A stretch of 64,000 bases of DNA from Tubulanus polymorphus (taxonomy: Eukaryota; Animalia; Nemertea). The DNA lies in contig NC_134027.1 of the NCBI RefSeq assembly GCF_964204645.1, positions 14,912,485 to 14,976,484 on the forward strand, given 5' to 3'. Both the position numbers and the translations under genes were made by a program. Numbering within the stretch: the stretch's first letter is position 1; each line of letters opens with the position of its first letter. The notes beneath the pieces are model-generated. The model saw nothing but the letters and a program-made list of their open reading frames with translations. It made no database searches and was not told the DNA's origin. This document shows, in pieces, positions 12,862 to 25,907 of the stretch.

Positions 12862-15800
12862 TTTGGTCTATTTGATTCAATACACTGGACCCCTAGTTTA
12901 TGGTCTATTTGATTCAATACACGGTGGATCTCTATCAATTCAAAAACTGCTTTGGATTGCTAACTGTAACTACCATATTAATATGCATTCAGCACAGTCT
13001 ATTGGGTTTGTTTTATACAGCTGATAAAAATTCTTCTCCTGCAGAAAGTTTAACAAATAATCGTCTACTTTTGGGTTTATTAGAAGCTTTTACTGCCCAG
13101 GGCCGTACTTAGCATTTGACTTTGGGGGCGGGGGCAGAGAAACCTGCAAAAGAGGGCACTTTTCCATGATTTCTGGGGGGGGGGCAATGCTGTCAACCCT
13201 CCCGGTCCCCGCTACATAAGGCCCTGCTGGATTTTTTTTTAGTGTTACTGGCTCGTCTCACATTTACTCAATACTTTCTTTTTTCAGTCAATCTTCGGGA
13301 ATCAAGTTCACAACCAAAGAAAGCAGCTAAATTTTCTGTTACCTTACCAAAACCACCATCACTTAAACGAATGGATGCGATGACAAGTAGAAATAAATCA
13401 CCATTTCCGATAACTCAACGAACAACAAGCCCTGAATCACCATCACTTAGGCAGCCTCTTGTACCAAGGACTACTCTGTTACCAAATGAAGATATGTCAT
13501 CTCCTGGTTTACTAAGATTTAAAAGACCAGACACCACTAGTAGGAGACATTCCCAACCAGATGTGATGTCACCTAAACCATCAACTAGTCGTAGTTTAAT
13601 GAATCCTCATGCAATAGTGTCAACTCCACCTGCTCCAGCTCCACCTGCTACATCTTCAGATACATGTATGTACTAAACCATCATTTTATAATATGTTTGT
13701 GAACACTGATTAATCATACAGTATGTCAATCAACCACAGTTATACAAGCCTTGTTGAGTGAGATAATGCGTTAAAACAAACTGCCTTACGATAGGTATGT
13801 CATTAACATTGCATCTACACTAATTTTATTGGAGAATGCAATTCTTGTTGGTAAAACGAACACATCAATACCGGGTGCTTTATTTTTTCGTGCTTTATTT
13901 TTCGGCTACACATAGTTGAACATTTCTATTTACTGATATTGCGTTAAATATATATTCATTTATAAGATTTCTAATGAAAATTATCATCTACACACTACGC
14001 TAATACAACATTATTGGAAGTTTATATAAACAAGAGGTGTTTATCGAATGTATTGTTAATACCGCATTTAGCGCTACTATAGACGCCGAGATATGGCATT
14101 TGTCTGTATTGTAAACAGGCATATTTGAATTGTAAATTGTTGCAATTTTGTGATGTAACAAAGCTTCTTTGATTTCCCTAAATATATATGTAGCATCACC
14201 CTGTGTTATAGGCCTGATTATTTTTAATATAAATTTTAAGTTTTTTTAAGTTTTAATTTTTTCTTGTAGTGCAGAGCATTTACCGGTCACTGCAGATCAT
14301 TATTGAACTGCTTAAGGAAAGCTTAAATCTTTCAAGAACTATGTTAAGTGAACTGGCACAAGAGGAGGACATGGTGGATGTTAAACAAATGGACACATTA
14401 GAAGAACTTCAATTGTTTAACCAGACACTCAAGACTCCAAAGCAACAACAGCTGTTGGTAGGTATCATGATGAATAGATAATTCACTCAGCCAAATTCAC
14501 TCTGAACAAAATTTTTGTGTGGGTCGTATATCTAAATCCACTGAACAAAATTTTTGTGTGGGTCGTATATGATGTATTGGAACTTTTCTAAACTTGCAAT
14601 TTAAAAATTTTTTCAAGTTAGATTTTTACTTTTGTCACAAAAAATATCCACATTCCAAATAGATGCGACATTAGATTTCAAAGATTAAAATGAAGCTCAT
14701 GATGGTCTCTTGCGTGTGTTTAAATTTGATTATTTTACTCCTATTTAGAATAAATATCTTATGCGTATTGGTGGTAATAGTGCCAGTGATATGGTTAGAA
14801 GAGTTATGAGAAAAATTGGAACTAACAAGTTGTGGTCAGAATTCAAGTTTAAAAGGGAAAAAAGGCAAACATGCCTTCAATGCAATTCAACCACTAGAAA
14901 ATATAATTTTAAGTAAGTATCACAGCAATAAAATAAAGAAATCAATAGCTGCAGCATTGAATCAAGATTGATAGCTGGCTGGCAGCCATTGTCATTTGGT
15001 GAAAATTGGGCCAATCTGCGATTTGTCATTGAATTTTTAAGTAGAAGTTAATCCGTTTTTTTTTTTACAATTGCTACATCAGTGATTGATAGGATCACCC
15101 TTGGCTTTTCATCATATGTAGCAAAATTATTTTAAAATGTATGTTTCTGTAAGAATAAAAATCATTCATTCAAGCATCTTATTCTATCCTCATTTAAAAA
15201 AGAAAAATCAACGGTCATTATTGGAGGTTCTGAAAAATCAATTTAATTACTAATTATAAGTTATCGTTAATAAGTTTTACTAAATGTCTATCCGATCCAA
15301 CTTTTTTTCTATTAGTGCAACTTTAAGATATATTTCAACAACGATTGCAAAAATACATGAATGCAACATGATAGAAATAATACATTTTTGACAGCCATAA
15401 AGGCTGTACGTACACTCATCAGCACAATCATTAGGCCCTTTAAAAATTTTAATGATTAGTTATTACAATAGTTTCTAAATTAAAGCACATGGAGGTTTGT
15501 TACTCAATATATCTTCTATTTACTGCATATTTTGTAACCGCAATGAATTGCACAAATTGTAGCCCTTTACATGTTCCATCATTGTGGTGTGTTTCACGTT
15601 CATTAGTTTCTGTATCTGTTCACCAGGAGGCGTTGGATATTGAAATTCCTGATTATCAAGCACTTATGGTGCCACTTCCCAAGTGGGCGTGGTGTCCTTG
15701 TACCCCTAGTTTGGTAGCTAGTTACTCGAAAATACCTAAATCTCGATGATGATGATGATGATGATGTTGAAAGATTTGTGATCGATAGAATTTATTTTGA

Positions 15801-16557
15801 AATAATTATATTCTCTTTTTTTAGAGGCTTGCAAAAAACTGTTTCGAAAGGTTAATGTGAGTGAATCGACGATCGAAGATGTGATATCTGATACATTGAA
15901 ATATGCACCACATTTACCAGGCGGGAAAGCATTTGAAAACAAAAAGAGTGTAAGTGTTGGATAAAGCCATTTTCTACATCTAGTGTTCACTTTGGCAGGT
16001 TGGCTTGCAGTTTTTGTGTTTTAGCTTTGTTGACGTAGTCACTAGTAGCGTTAGCTACTTATATGATTCGAAAATCTGTCGCCCTAAAATCAATAAAAAA
16101 GAAGTTCGATCCTATACTTATGTACGTAAAATTAAAAAACCTTTAGGCTAAAAGAAAATGATACCTTGTTTCTCCAGAGCAGTCGGGTCATTTATAAATT
16201 CCAATGAAATTTTGATCACTTCATTTCTATAGCTGCCGGGTCTGTGGAGAAACAAAGTATTATTTTTAGTATTTTAGTATCATTTTTAGCCCACTTGGGA
16301 CATTAGTCCTGTTTTGAATAGAGTCAATATCAGCCAATCCAAAGAGCACGCTTGAATACATCTTTATTGGTTTATAACATCAGTACTAAAGCTTTAAGGC
16401 ACGAACCTCCTGTTTAGAATTAGGATAATAATGCTACTTTGGTTTTCTTGCAGCTTAAAGCGCACAATTATTTTTGTAGTTGAATTATTGAAGATTATTA
16501 AGATTTTAGGATTATTTACTGAGTGTATATCTTACACTTGCAGCACTGAACTAAGGC

Positions 16558-16899
16558 CATCCTCGCTTGCCAGTGTTTGATTGCTGACCGTTTGATCACG
16601 CCAACACAAACGCTGGCCACTAAAAACCCTTCATTGGTCTAATACATCGCCCAAGATTTCTTGGGTGGACAGATTCCCGCTCAGCAGCTGCCAGTCTGTG
16701 TATCTAGCTAATCAGACGCATTGGTCTATAAATACCACATATCTGATTGGCTAGATATATAGACTGGTGGGTGCTGCGGGGGAACCTGTGCGCCTATGAA
16801 GTTGTGGGCAATGCAATAGACCAATGAAGGGTTTGCGGCCAGGGTTTGTGTTGGAGTGAGCTTCAGCAGGCGGCAATCAAACCCTGGCAAGCCAGGATG
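16558..16899. mobile_element. Palindromic ~340-bp MITE (CATCCTCG...CAGGATG), copy 2
   Basis: Self-complementary along its length and homologous to 6305-6659. Confidence 0.7.
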
Positions 16900-18408
16900 G
16901 AATAGTTGGCTGGCTAGTTGCCATGTGCGTAGAATATTTCAAGGTACTTACCTAAAATAATTCTTGAACTATTTTATTTACTCAAGTTATGTTTTGTTGG
17001 TTTTTTGTAATAGAAAATATTTTGATTCAATTTGAATTATAATAAAAATCTATAATTAAAATCTATCAAAATATTTGTTCCTATGTTTTTGGAGTGATTG
17101 TTTTGGTATGCATCGAGGTGAAGGAGCCCCTAAATGTGGTGAAAAGAACTTATTCCAACGTTGTTGCAACGTTTTCTCGTGACATTGGACGTTGTATTCT
17201 AAACGTTGTATAAACATCACCGCAACCTAACAAACGTTATTTTGTTACCTGGGTGATTTCTATACTGGCGCTGAATGGCTGTTTTTGGTTGGATTCAAAG
17301 CGTTGCGTCGCTACTAGCCGCACACTAGGCGATTTGCTGCCGACCCTCGGCGATCTCGTCGCCGAATATCTAGCATGCCAAATACTGAGCGATCTTGTCG
17401 ATGGTTGCCAGTGACACTAGGCGATTTCTCGGCAATTTTGTCGCTTGCGACGAAAATCGCCGAGAAATCGCCTAGTGTGCGCCTGGCTTTAAAGAATTTC
17501 AATATTCAACGCCCCCTGGTGACCATATACAAAAGCCAATGACCTTGAAACTCACCACAAGCATAGAACAAGTCAGCAACTACAATTTTGCAATTGATTC
17601 TGATGACAATATATGCTTCAGTACCAATATAATAAGGAAATACTAAGTTATTCTATTATTCAACGCACCCTGGTGACCATATGCAAAACCCAATGACCTT
17701 GAAACTCACCAGAATCATAGAATGAGTCATGAGGTCCCATTTTACAATCAATGATGGTAACAAATTATGCCTAGGTACCAATATAATAAAGAAAGACTAA
17801 TAAGTTATTCTACTATTCAATGCCCCCTGGTGTCCATATAGAATAACTAATGACCGTGAAATCACAATCATAGACCATGTTATGACCTACATCTTTGCAA
17901 TTGATTGTGGTATCAAAATAGCATAAGTACGAATATAATATCGAAATACCAAGTTATTGTATTATTCAAGCCCCCTGGTGGCCATGTACAAAACTAATGA
18001 CCTTGAATCTCACCACAATCACAGAAAGTGTTAAGAGCTACAACTTTCCAATTGATTGTGATAACAAAATATGCTTAGGTATCCAGATGATGTGAAAAAA
18101 CTTTTTCCCACCTACGAATGAGTACTGATGACACTAAGATGGGCGCTGTCTCAGGTAATAGGAATGCCTTTCCATAGACTAGCCATCACAAATTTCAATG
18201 AAAAATTGCAAACCAGTAGGAAGCTACAGGACTTGGGATTAGGGCCAAAATTGGCATTTTTTGGCACAAAAAAGGTCACAGGACGGTCATCCTGTGTCCG
18301 ATCGACCAAATTTTTCTTATGCTGATGGGCCCTTGGGGGATACAATTACATACAAAAGATCAAGATAATTAATCAAAGCGTATTCAAAATTTCCCTCGAA
18401 AACTTCAA

Positions 18409-18712
18409 CCAGATAGAAACTTTCCATGATGGGTTTCGGTATTGACTTAGAACTTGATAAAAGCTCAATGGTCTTGTAGCTCACCTGACCATTAACTAAT
18501 AGGCAGTTCAGACTTGTATCAATTCAAATATAAACCAAGCTGCACCACCTACACCTGAACAGTACTGAATATATGTGCCAAATTACAGAATTATCTGTCC
18601 ACACAGACAGCTTAAATCGTGTCATAAAGAAACATCCACTGACAGACGGACGGACAGACAGACATGACAATGATGCCATAGATGGGTTCATCTGATGGCG
18701 AAAACCATCAAA
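18409..18712 (-). mobile_element. Small HINE (family D) nested in HINE-A
   Basis: Absent at the homologous site of copy 24176 (AAGTTCAA^AAATGTG). Subterminal GATGGGTT twice, (GACA/GACG)n tract, terminal hairpin GATGGGTT..AAACCATC plus A-run. Confidence 0.65.
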
Positions 18713-19923
18713 AATGTGTAAAAAGTGCTGACAACAATGACTGTCAGTTGGCCATTTTGAATCTGACAGGGCCAGTTTTTGGGCTGAAGATGTGTTTAGG
18801 GCAGATACATGTGTAATTCAAAAATAAAGACATTACATTGAAGCGTCTTTAAAACTTCCCAGAATAAATGGATTCCATCTACAGACAGACGGACATCCCA
18901 ACACACGGATGAAAAGTTAACGCAATAGCCCAGTAGGAATGAAGTCCCAAGTGGGCTAAAAATGGCAATATTTTAATCATTTTTATTTAAGGTTACATAG
19001 GCCCATACGCGGCTAAAAGCAGATCGTCTCACAAGCAATAGATTAAGATGAAATTTGAATTGATAATTAATGATTATTAGAAAGGCACACAAATGCAGTT
19101 GAAAGAAAATCACATGCAACTAAAAATTACGCTGGATACTTTGATATCAATACGATGTAGCTACGTTACGCAATAGCCTAATGACGGTTTGCCGCCAGAT
19201 TAATTGATAGAAAACACCAGCTAACGTCACAGTTGTTTACTTTTTTGAAGAATTTTGTGGGCATAAGACATTGACCGAATAAATCAAAGTCAGCATTCCT
19301 TCAACATTGGACCCAGCATTGCCATACTTTACTAGGTTCTTACACTACATTAAATAATTCTATCATATTCAACAAAAAGATGAACTTCACTTGCCTAAGA
19401 TGTCAAATGGCGTGTATCCCAAGTGCAATTTCTTGTTCATCTAAATTGCGCTGGGAATACCCCTAGCTGCTGAGGGTATTCCCTAAACAACCAATCAGAG
19501 CACAGCTTTCTCATAATGATGTCAAAAAGCACGATTATGTAGGCCTGAGTAATGATTAGCTGAAGGAGCCCACATCATCTCCGCAGAATGAAGGTATTAA
19601 TTTTCAGGATGGCACATATATTGGCAAAAAATACCGAAATTTGAAAGCTAATTACTGCGTAACTGGAAAGTTTCAAGGTTTCATCTTTGCACCGTTTTAT
19701 CTTTGTATGGTACCGTTTTGAATGGCACTAATCGCATAACGAAAGTGCACAGTATAAAACAAGACATTTTGTGAGCAAGTTATTTCCAGAAAGGTCTCCA
19801 GAGCCATTATGAAAACTCCTTCGACATACAACAAAGTCAAAAATGTAATTCTCTAGAAGTTCTGTACATCAGATGTATAGCTGTTAAGAAAAAAAAAATA
19901 TTAATGATATTCACTTGACTTAC

Positions 19924-20028
19924 TTTTGTATAACTTTCATTATGAGTTCTAGCAAAATATACCATATTATCAAGTGCAAGTATTCCCGGAGGAGTGATAT
20001 TAAGATCTTCGGAAGGATTTACAGGATT
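19924..20028 (-). CDS. ELMO: ELMO internal exon
   Basis: cctttttcag|NPVNPSEDLNITPPGILALDNMVYFARTHNESYTK|gtaagt. Matches ELMO1 [35 protein letters not shown]. 105 bp, phase 0/0. Confidence 0.95.
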
Positions 20029-21922
20029 CTGAAAAAGGAAAATTGATAAACTTTCATTAACAACTATGAAACAAGAATGACTGCAAAGCAGTGATAACGG
20101 GTATTCTGCCTTGCTAGGCTGAATGTAGTACTATGAAGCGAACAAACATTTCCTCAAACTCAGTGTTATCATATCAGGACATACGGCTATTGTATGGCAG
20201 TGCTGCCTAGGAGTCGACACATGCACTGGATAGATGGATCTTTATGGCTACTATTCACAAATTACTGATATACAAAGTCTAGTCAAAAGAGCATCGAGGA
20301 TCGAGGACATATGATTCTTCCATCTGGCAGTTGCATGAAGTAATTGCGCTGGACGTAATGGCCCCACTCTGCGCAGATGCACCACCGCGCGGGATTTCCG
20401 CAAAGCAGCAGAAACAAACATGGCCACCTTTTGAATTTTCAATGTTAGAAATTTTACAGGAATTTCAATTATTTCAGCTGTTAGGGTTTCAAGGTACAAT
20501 ATAACTAGATGATGTGATATGGCGATGTTAATAAATGATAATGCCACATGAAGCCAGTCACGAACTGTACCGATTGAGTGTACAGCGGTCAAAAACATAT
20601 GAATTTGCGTAGTTACGTAACTATTTGCAGTAAAGTACAGACGAAACATGAAGCCTTAATGGCCATTTACAAAAACATTCTAGCAATCACAATTGAAAGA
20701 TTATAATGATATACCACTTAAGTTAAAATTCTGGCCATTTCTAAAATTATAGCAAAATCATATTACAATTTGTAGTCAGTGCGGAACGTTTGGTATCGGA
20801 ACAATGATGATGGTTGGTAGGTAGTCGTTCAATTCAAGTCATGATTTATCACATGTTACTTCCGTGTTTTTGAAAATCTCGCGAGAATGGCGCAACATTG
20901 AAACTGGCAATAAATGCCAAACATCATACATATTTTTGTACATATTCATAACTTATGCGCTTTAAAGTGCCGATAAGCAATTGCCTGTTTGAGAGTTTCC
21001 GCCATATGTTTGCACTGCGCATGCTCCTTATTCTTATTATAAACACAATCCACACGTGTGCACTACACTCGATGCATCGGCATACGCCGTTCTTAACCTA
21101 CAAACAAAACAGCGTCAAATGGCCTACCGGAACCTGCCAACCTTTTCTACGATTTTACATCTACATGATTAAATCAATTTCTGACAGCATTTTCGCATTT
21201 TTTATTCATGTATCTAGTGCTTCAACCTGTCTATCAGCATACCGGGGGACCCGTGGTTTAGCTGAATCTTTGAACATATGAAAAATTTTGAAATATTCAT
21301 ATTTTACCACATATTTGACTTGTTGCATCTCCCTGGACATATTACTATACTAAATATGATCATTGTGATCTGAGTGCTGGCCACAAATGCACACAGATCA
21401 CACTACACTACCCACTTTAACACAACTACCCACAGCTTTGATATAAGCTTAACCATCCTATTAGCTAGTGTGTTTCTCCCTGGATGGCATATTGCACTTA
21501 TGAGCAGTTATGTGATTTTTATAATAAAAGGACTGAATTAAATGCAAAATGCTGCTGCCTAAATGAGTTCTTTAAAATCTATGCCCTCTAGTGGTCAAAG
21601 TAAGAACTAATTTTGTAAAGGGTTTGGTGTATTCTAATATTAGGTAAGTCCGAATCAAATTTATATAAATCCCTTCATCCCATTAATCAATATAAATGAA
21701 TATGCGTTCTCCAGCGTTTTGCAGGGATACAGCCATGGATTTTTGATATCAAATGCCAGCCCTTTGGGGGGTTTGGGGGTTTGGGGATATTCCCCAAGAA
21801 AATTTTGAAATTTAAAGCATTTTCAGAGCATTTGGGACGGTCTAATGGAACAATGAGACGAAAATTTACTGGACATAACCTATCACAAGACTGATTCACT
21901 CGCAAATGTATGTCAAACTTAC

Positions 21923-22042
21923 CCGAAATCCAAGTTTCTTGAAATACTCAACATTTGCATTTGACTTTTTGTGTATGGCAGATGAAAGATCATCAGTATC
22001 GAAGGCAAATATTTTTAATTCCATCAGCTCCTTATTGAAAAA
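21923..22042 (-). CDS. ELMO: ELMO internal exon
   Basis: cttttttaag|FFNKELMELKIFAFDTDDLSSAIHKKSNANVEYFKKLGFR|gtaagt. Matches ELMO1 ..IFELRRIAFD...DYKKLGF. 120 bp, phase 0/0. Confidence 0.9.
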
Positions 22043-22170
22043 CTTAAAAAAGAAGAGAAGAACAAAGAACTATATTCATGCCATGGTGCATGTAATAAAT
22101 CACAATGAGGACTTAATAAACTTGTAAGGAACTTGAATACAGAAGCCAATCCAAAATTATGCATCTAAGC

Positions 22171-22772
22171 CAGGGGTTAGATTTTGCGCTCGCACGCCTA
22201 AGCGCACGTAAAATATCTCGTAGAAGCGCTACTCACAGCGCACCTAAGTCTTATTCAATAGCACGCGCAAAATTGTAGAAAGTTTATTGATTTCCCAAAA
22301 CCTTGGTGCAAAGTAGAAAGTCTATTGATTTCCCAATAACTTGTAAAATAGAAAGTAAGTATAAGTATCCTTGCTGTGTGGAGGTTCCAGCTTAAGTCAT
22401 CTTCTATCATGTTGCATCCTGTGTCAGATCTTTTGAGGAACCAGCTAGGGGATAACTTACCTGCTCCATACTGAAAACTGAAGATTTGCATGATCCACAA
22501 TCTGCGATATTGTTTTTAACTGATTTGCTTAAAAACTTTCCATCTTTTGGGTAATTTAATTAACAGCATTCAAAGATGAAAAATGCCTGGAAGCAGCATT
22601 TCCAAGCCCCTAGAGTTCAAAATTTTTCTAGGGGAGGGCCCCAGACCTCCCCACGAGGAACTTCGCGCCTAGGCGCTCGTTTCATCAGATTAACAAAATT
22701 CCAGTTGAGCACGTAACAAAATCTAGGTGCTCAATTGGTAGAGCACATACAATTTTTAGAATCTAACCCCAG
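22171..22772. mobile_element. hAT-like MITE with apparent 6-bp TSD
   Basis: TIRs CAGGGGTTAGATT / AATCTAACCCCAG, flanked by CTAAGC on both sides. Confidence 0.7.
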
Positions 22773-24175
22773 CTAAGCCACGCAGAAGAAGGGTGGTTAT
22801 ACACTTGCAGAGTGCATTTAGGTGCAGCAAATTTCAATATGTTTTATAACCGAGTTGCCATCACTGCTGAGGGAAATTCAGAATTCTTTTTGTAAACCAT
22901 GAACGCGAAAAGCCATGAACGAAAGTTTGAGGGCATCATCCTTTTAGAATTTTCCATATTACAGAAAACCCCATTGTCATCCTCATGATAACTATATCAT
23001 TTATTTTCCACCTTTTTTCATTCGAGAAATCTTTCTTCTGTCATATTCCACTGCTTATGTCTAACATCATTGCCAATGCTGTTAGATGTATCTATTAGCA
23101 TGGGTCAGATCAATGAATGTAGTACTGGTATTATGGACTATATAAGGTCCAATGGCCCTGTAGCTCACCATCAAATCATTGAGTGCATATTGCAGAAAAT
23201 ATTTTTCTATCTATAAATTAATTTGGGGATTACAACGTAATGCCTAGAATAGTATATAAAGGTAAAAATTGTACGTAATAAATGAATGATCCTAAACTAA
23301 AACTATCAACCGACAGCGTAGAACAAACTCATTCAACAAATAGCATTTTTTATTCTAAATCTTTCCACTTCATCAATCAATAGTCCCTTATTGAGCAATG
23401 AGACCGCCGGACTGTAAAATCTGCGGTATTTTTTCTTGAGTTACACACGCGAACTAGCTGACGGCTGATGAATGCTCACTAAAATCAGCACAGTGTATAA
23501 CATCTGAAGGCGTTCCCCACACATGTGCACGGCAACAGTAGTTGGCCTATATACATTACTACGTGTGTCTACAACCGATCGATAAAACACATACACATAG
23601 TAGTAGATACAAAATCAGTGTCTCAATACCTGAATACGCATTGAAATGCAATACACGACGATGAGTAAAACAGGCGCTGAACGCTTTCACCTGATTACCA
23701 ATCGTGCCTGACCAGCTGACGATGTCATAACTACACATCAGACCAGGACCGTACTCTCATCTGGATAATTTGCCTTTCTTTATGTGCTTCCTTTTTACCT
23801 AGTCAACGTGCGGGACAATCAACTTTGATAGAGGACTTCTACTCGAGAAACAAGAAAGAAATACTTAAAGTAGGCTTGCTGACATGGTTGTACTGAAAGC
23901 TTGGTGGTTTTGTATTTCTGTAGTAGAATTTATCGAACTGATTACTTTTTGAAGAGCTAAGAGATCGGTGTTGTCTTACATTGTTACATGAAATATCATA
24001 CCCCGGGGACTGGGAATTGGAATGGTTTTATTGTAGACATGGACCAAGTCAGTGCAAGCTTTTAGATGGTTTTTATTTGAATATCGCTGTGTCTTTTCGG
24101 AATCTATCATATGTTGATAATTGCTACATTATGCTGAAATAATTAAGCTGCTTAGAAAATTTAAGAGCTGAAAGA

Positions 24176-25435
24176 AACTAGGGGTCCAGGGACACCATGC
24201 CCACTTGGGAAGTGGTTTCAAATGCTCAACAATCTAACAATTTCAATAATCAATGCCCCCTGGTGACCATTTACAAAAACCAATGACCTTAAAACTCACC
24301 ACAATCATAGAACATGTCAGCAGCTACGATTTTGTAATTGATTGTGATAACATAATATGCCTCGTTACCAATTTGATATGGAAATACTAAGTCATTCTAC
24401 TATTCAACGCCCCCTGATGACCATATTCAAAACCCAATGACCTCGAAACTCACCACAATCATAGAACAGGTCACGAACTACAACTTTGCAATTGATCATG
24501 GTAACCAAATATGCCTAGGTACCAATATAATAAGGAAATACTAAGTTATTCTACTATTCAACGGCTCCTGGTGACCATATAGAAAAACTTATGTCCTTAA
24601 AACTCGCAACAATCATAGATGATGTCATGAGCTACAACTTTCCAATTGATTGTGGTTACAAAATATTCATAGGTACGAATATAATAAAGAAATGCTTAGA
24701 TATTGTATTATTAAACGCCCCCTGGTGGCCATATACGAAATCCAATTACCTTGAAACTCAACACAATCATAGAATACGTTATGAGCTACAACTTTCTAAT
24801 TGATTGTGGTAGCAAAATACGCTTAGGTATCAATATAATGTGGAAAAACTTTTTCCCACTTACGAATGAGTACTTGTGACACCAAGATGGCCGCCAATTG
24901 CGTCATAATTGGCTGATGAAAAATACCTGTCTCAGGTATAAAACATCCCTTTCCAAAGAACACTCATCACAAATTGTAACGAGAAATGGCAAACCAGTAG
25001 GAAGCTACAGGACTCAGAATTCAGGCCAAAATTAACATTTTTGGGCACTAAAAAGGTCATCGGATGGCCATCTTGAGTCCGACCGACCCAATTTTTGTTA
25101 TGTTGATGGGCCCTGGGAGGATTCACATATATCCGAAAGATCAAGGTAATTGATCAAAGCGTCTTCAAAATTTCCCTCAAAAAGTTCAAAAATGTGTAAA
25201 AAGTGCTGATTTTGGTGAACAACAATGGCTGCCAGTCGGCCATCTTGATTCTGACAGGGCCAGTTTTTGGGCTGAAGATCTGTCTAGGGTAGATACATGT
25301 GTAACCCAAATATCAAGACGTTACCTTGAAGCGTCTTCAAAACTTCCCAAAATAACTGGATTCCGTCTACGGACGGACGGACGAAAAGTGAACGCAATAG
25401 CCCGCTGGGACTAAAGTCCCAAGTAGGCTAAAAAA
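24176..25435 (-). mobile_element. HINE family A, uninterrupted copy with 4 x 154-bp tandem units
   Basis: subTIRs GCCCACTTGGGA / TCCCAAGT(A)GGC, hairpin GGGACT-AA-AGTCCC, (GGAC)n. Units start at about 24251/24405/24559/24713. Confidence 0.9.
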
Positions 25436-25907
25436 CGTGACTAACGCGAGTGACTTCAGGTGAAGAGAAACGAACACGATCAAAAGTCAGGATAGATAGG
25501 AGCCACGATTTTTCTTTTTAAAATAATAAAGACATTAAGCCGGAGCCTGGTTTCAATCATGCGAACTTACTACACTTCAGACGAGCATGTTACCCGCTGC
25601 GCTATCAGGTCTATTCACTTGGCCACTCGTGAAGCTATTATATGATCGAACTCAATGTAGCTTAGATATTAGATTCACGCTTATGTACATTCTTATTCGC
25701 TCTTCTGACATGATAAAATTCTTTTGCTCGCGATAAATTCATTAAAAATAACTATACACAAATTCAGAATGGTCAGACGCTAAGTTATATTTCAGTCAGA
25801 ATCAAAAATTACATTTATAGGCTGTTAATAGTCGAATCTTAGAGGAGTCACATTTTATGAAAAAAATTTGTCTGGAAAGTAGAAAAAGTAATAATCACGA
25901 GAAATAC

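Larger units (their letters stand above)
10447..15964 (+). pseudogene. EnSpm accessory gene (DUF4806-like), about 8 exons, disabled
   Basis: Phase-consistent exons 10447-10539, 11183-11294, 11877-12032, 13021-13047 (tentative), 13288-13665, 14270-14457, 14749-14912, 15825-15964. N-terminus FVIVHF..DNTVAV..RW/YAYWP; C-terminus LMRIGG.SASDMVRRVMRKI.TN.LWSEF..KGKKGKHAF..I...LKYAP. Stop in exon 1, frameshift in exon 7. Confidence 0.75.
6750..17253 (+). mobile_element. Animal EnSpm/CACTA (CMC) DNA transposon with both ends, 10.5 kb
   Basis: TIRs CCCAGGTAACA..AACGTTT / ..TGTTACCTGGG, many AACGTT subterminal repeats, 2-bp TSD TG (6748-6749, 17254-17255). Contains a transposase and a second spliced gene. 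Confidence 0.9.
6178..17488. mobile_element. PIF/Harbinger-type MITE interrupted by the EnSpm
   Basis: TIRs AGCC(G/A)GGCGCACACTAGGCGATTT at 6178 and 17488. 3-bp TSD TTA (6175-6177, 17489-17491). Internal CACACTAGGCGAT subrepeats. Confidence 0.85.
6118..18962 (-). mobile_element. HINE family A copy, split by an 11.3-kb nested insertion
   Basis: 6118-6174 is the family start AACTAGGGGTCCAGGGACACCATGCCCACTTGG. It resumes at 17492 collinearly with intact copy 24176-25435, carries four ~155-bp units, and ends AGTCCCAAGTGGGCTAAAAA. Confidence 0.85.

Noticed and set aside
20251-21281. ORFs of 132 and 108 aa in the short ELMO intron
   Set aside because: No recognisable domains or splice context; they lie in what appears to be repeat-derived sequence.
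24240-24860. Regularly spaced repeats as a CRISPR-like array
   Set aside because: The whole 154-bp unit repeats with no unique spacers, the context is eukaryotic, and there are no cas genes.
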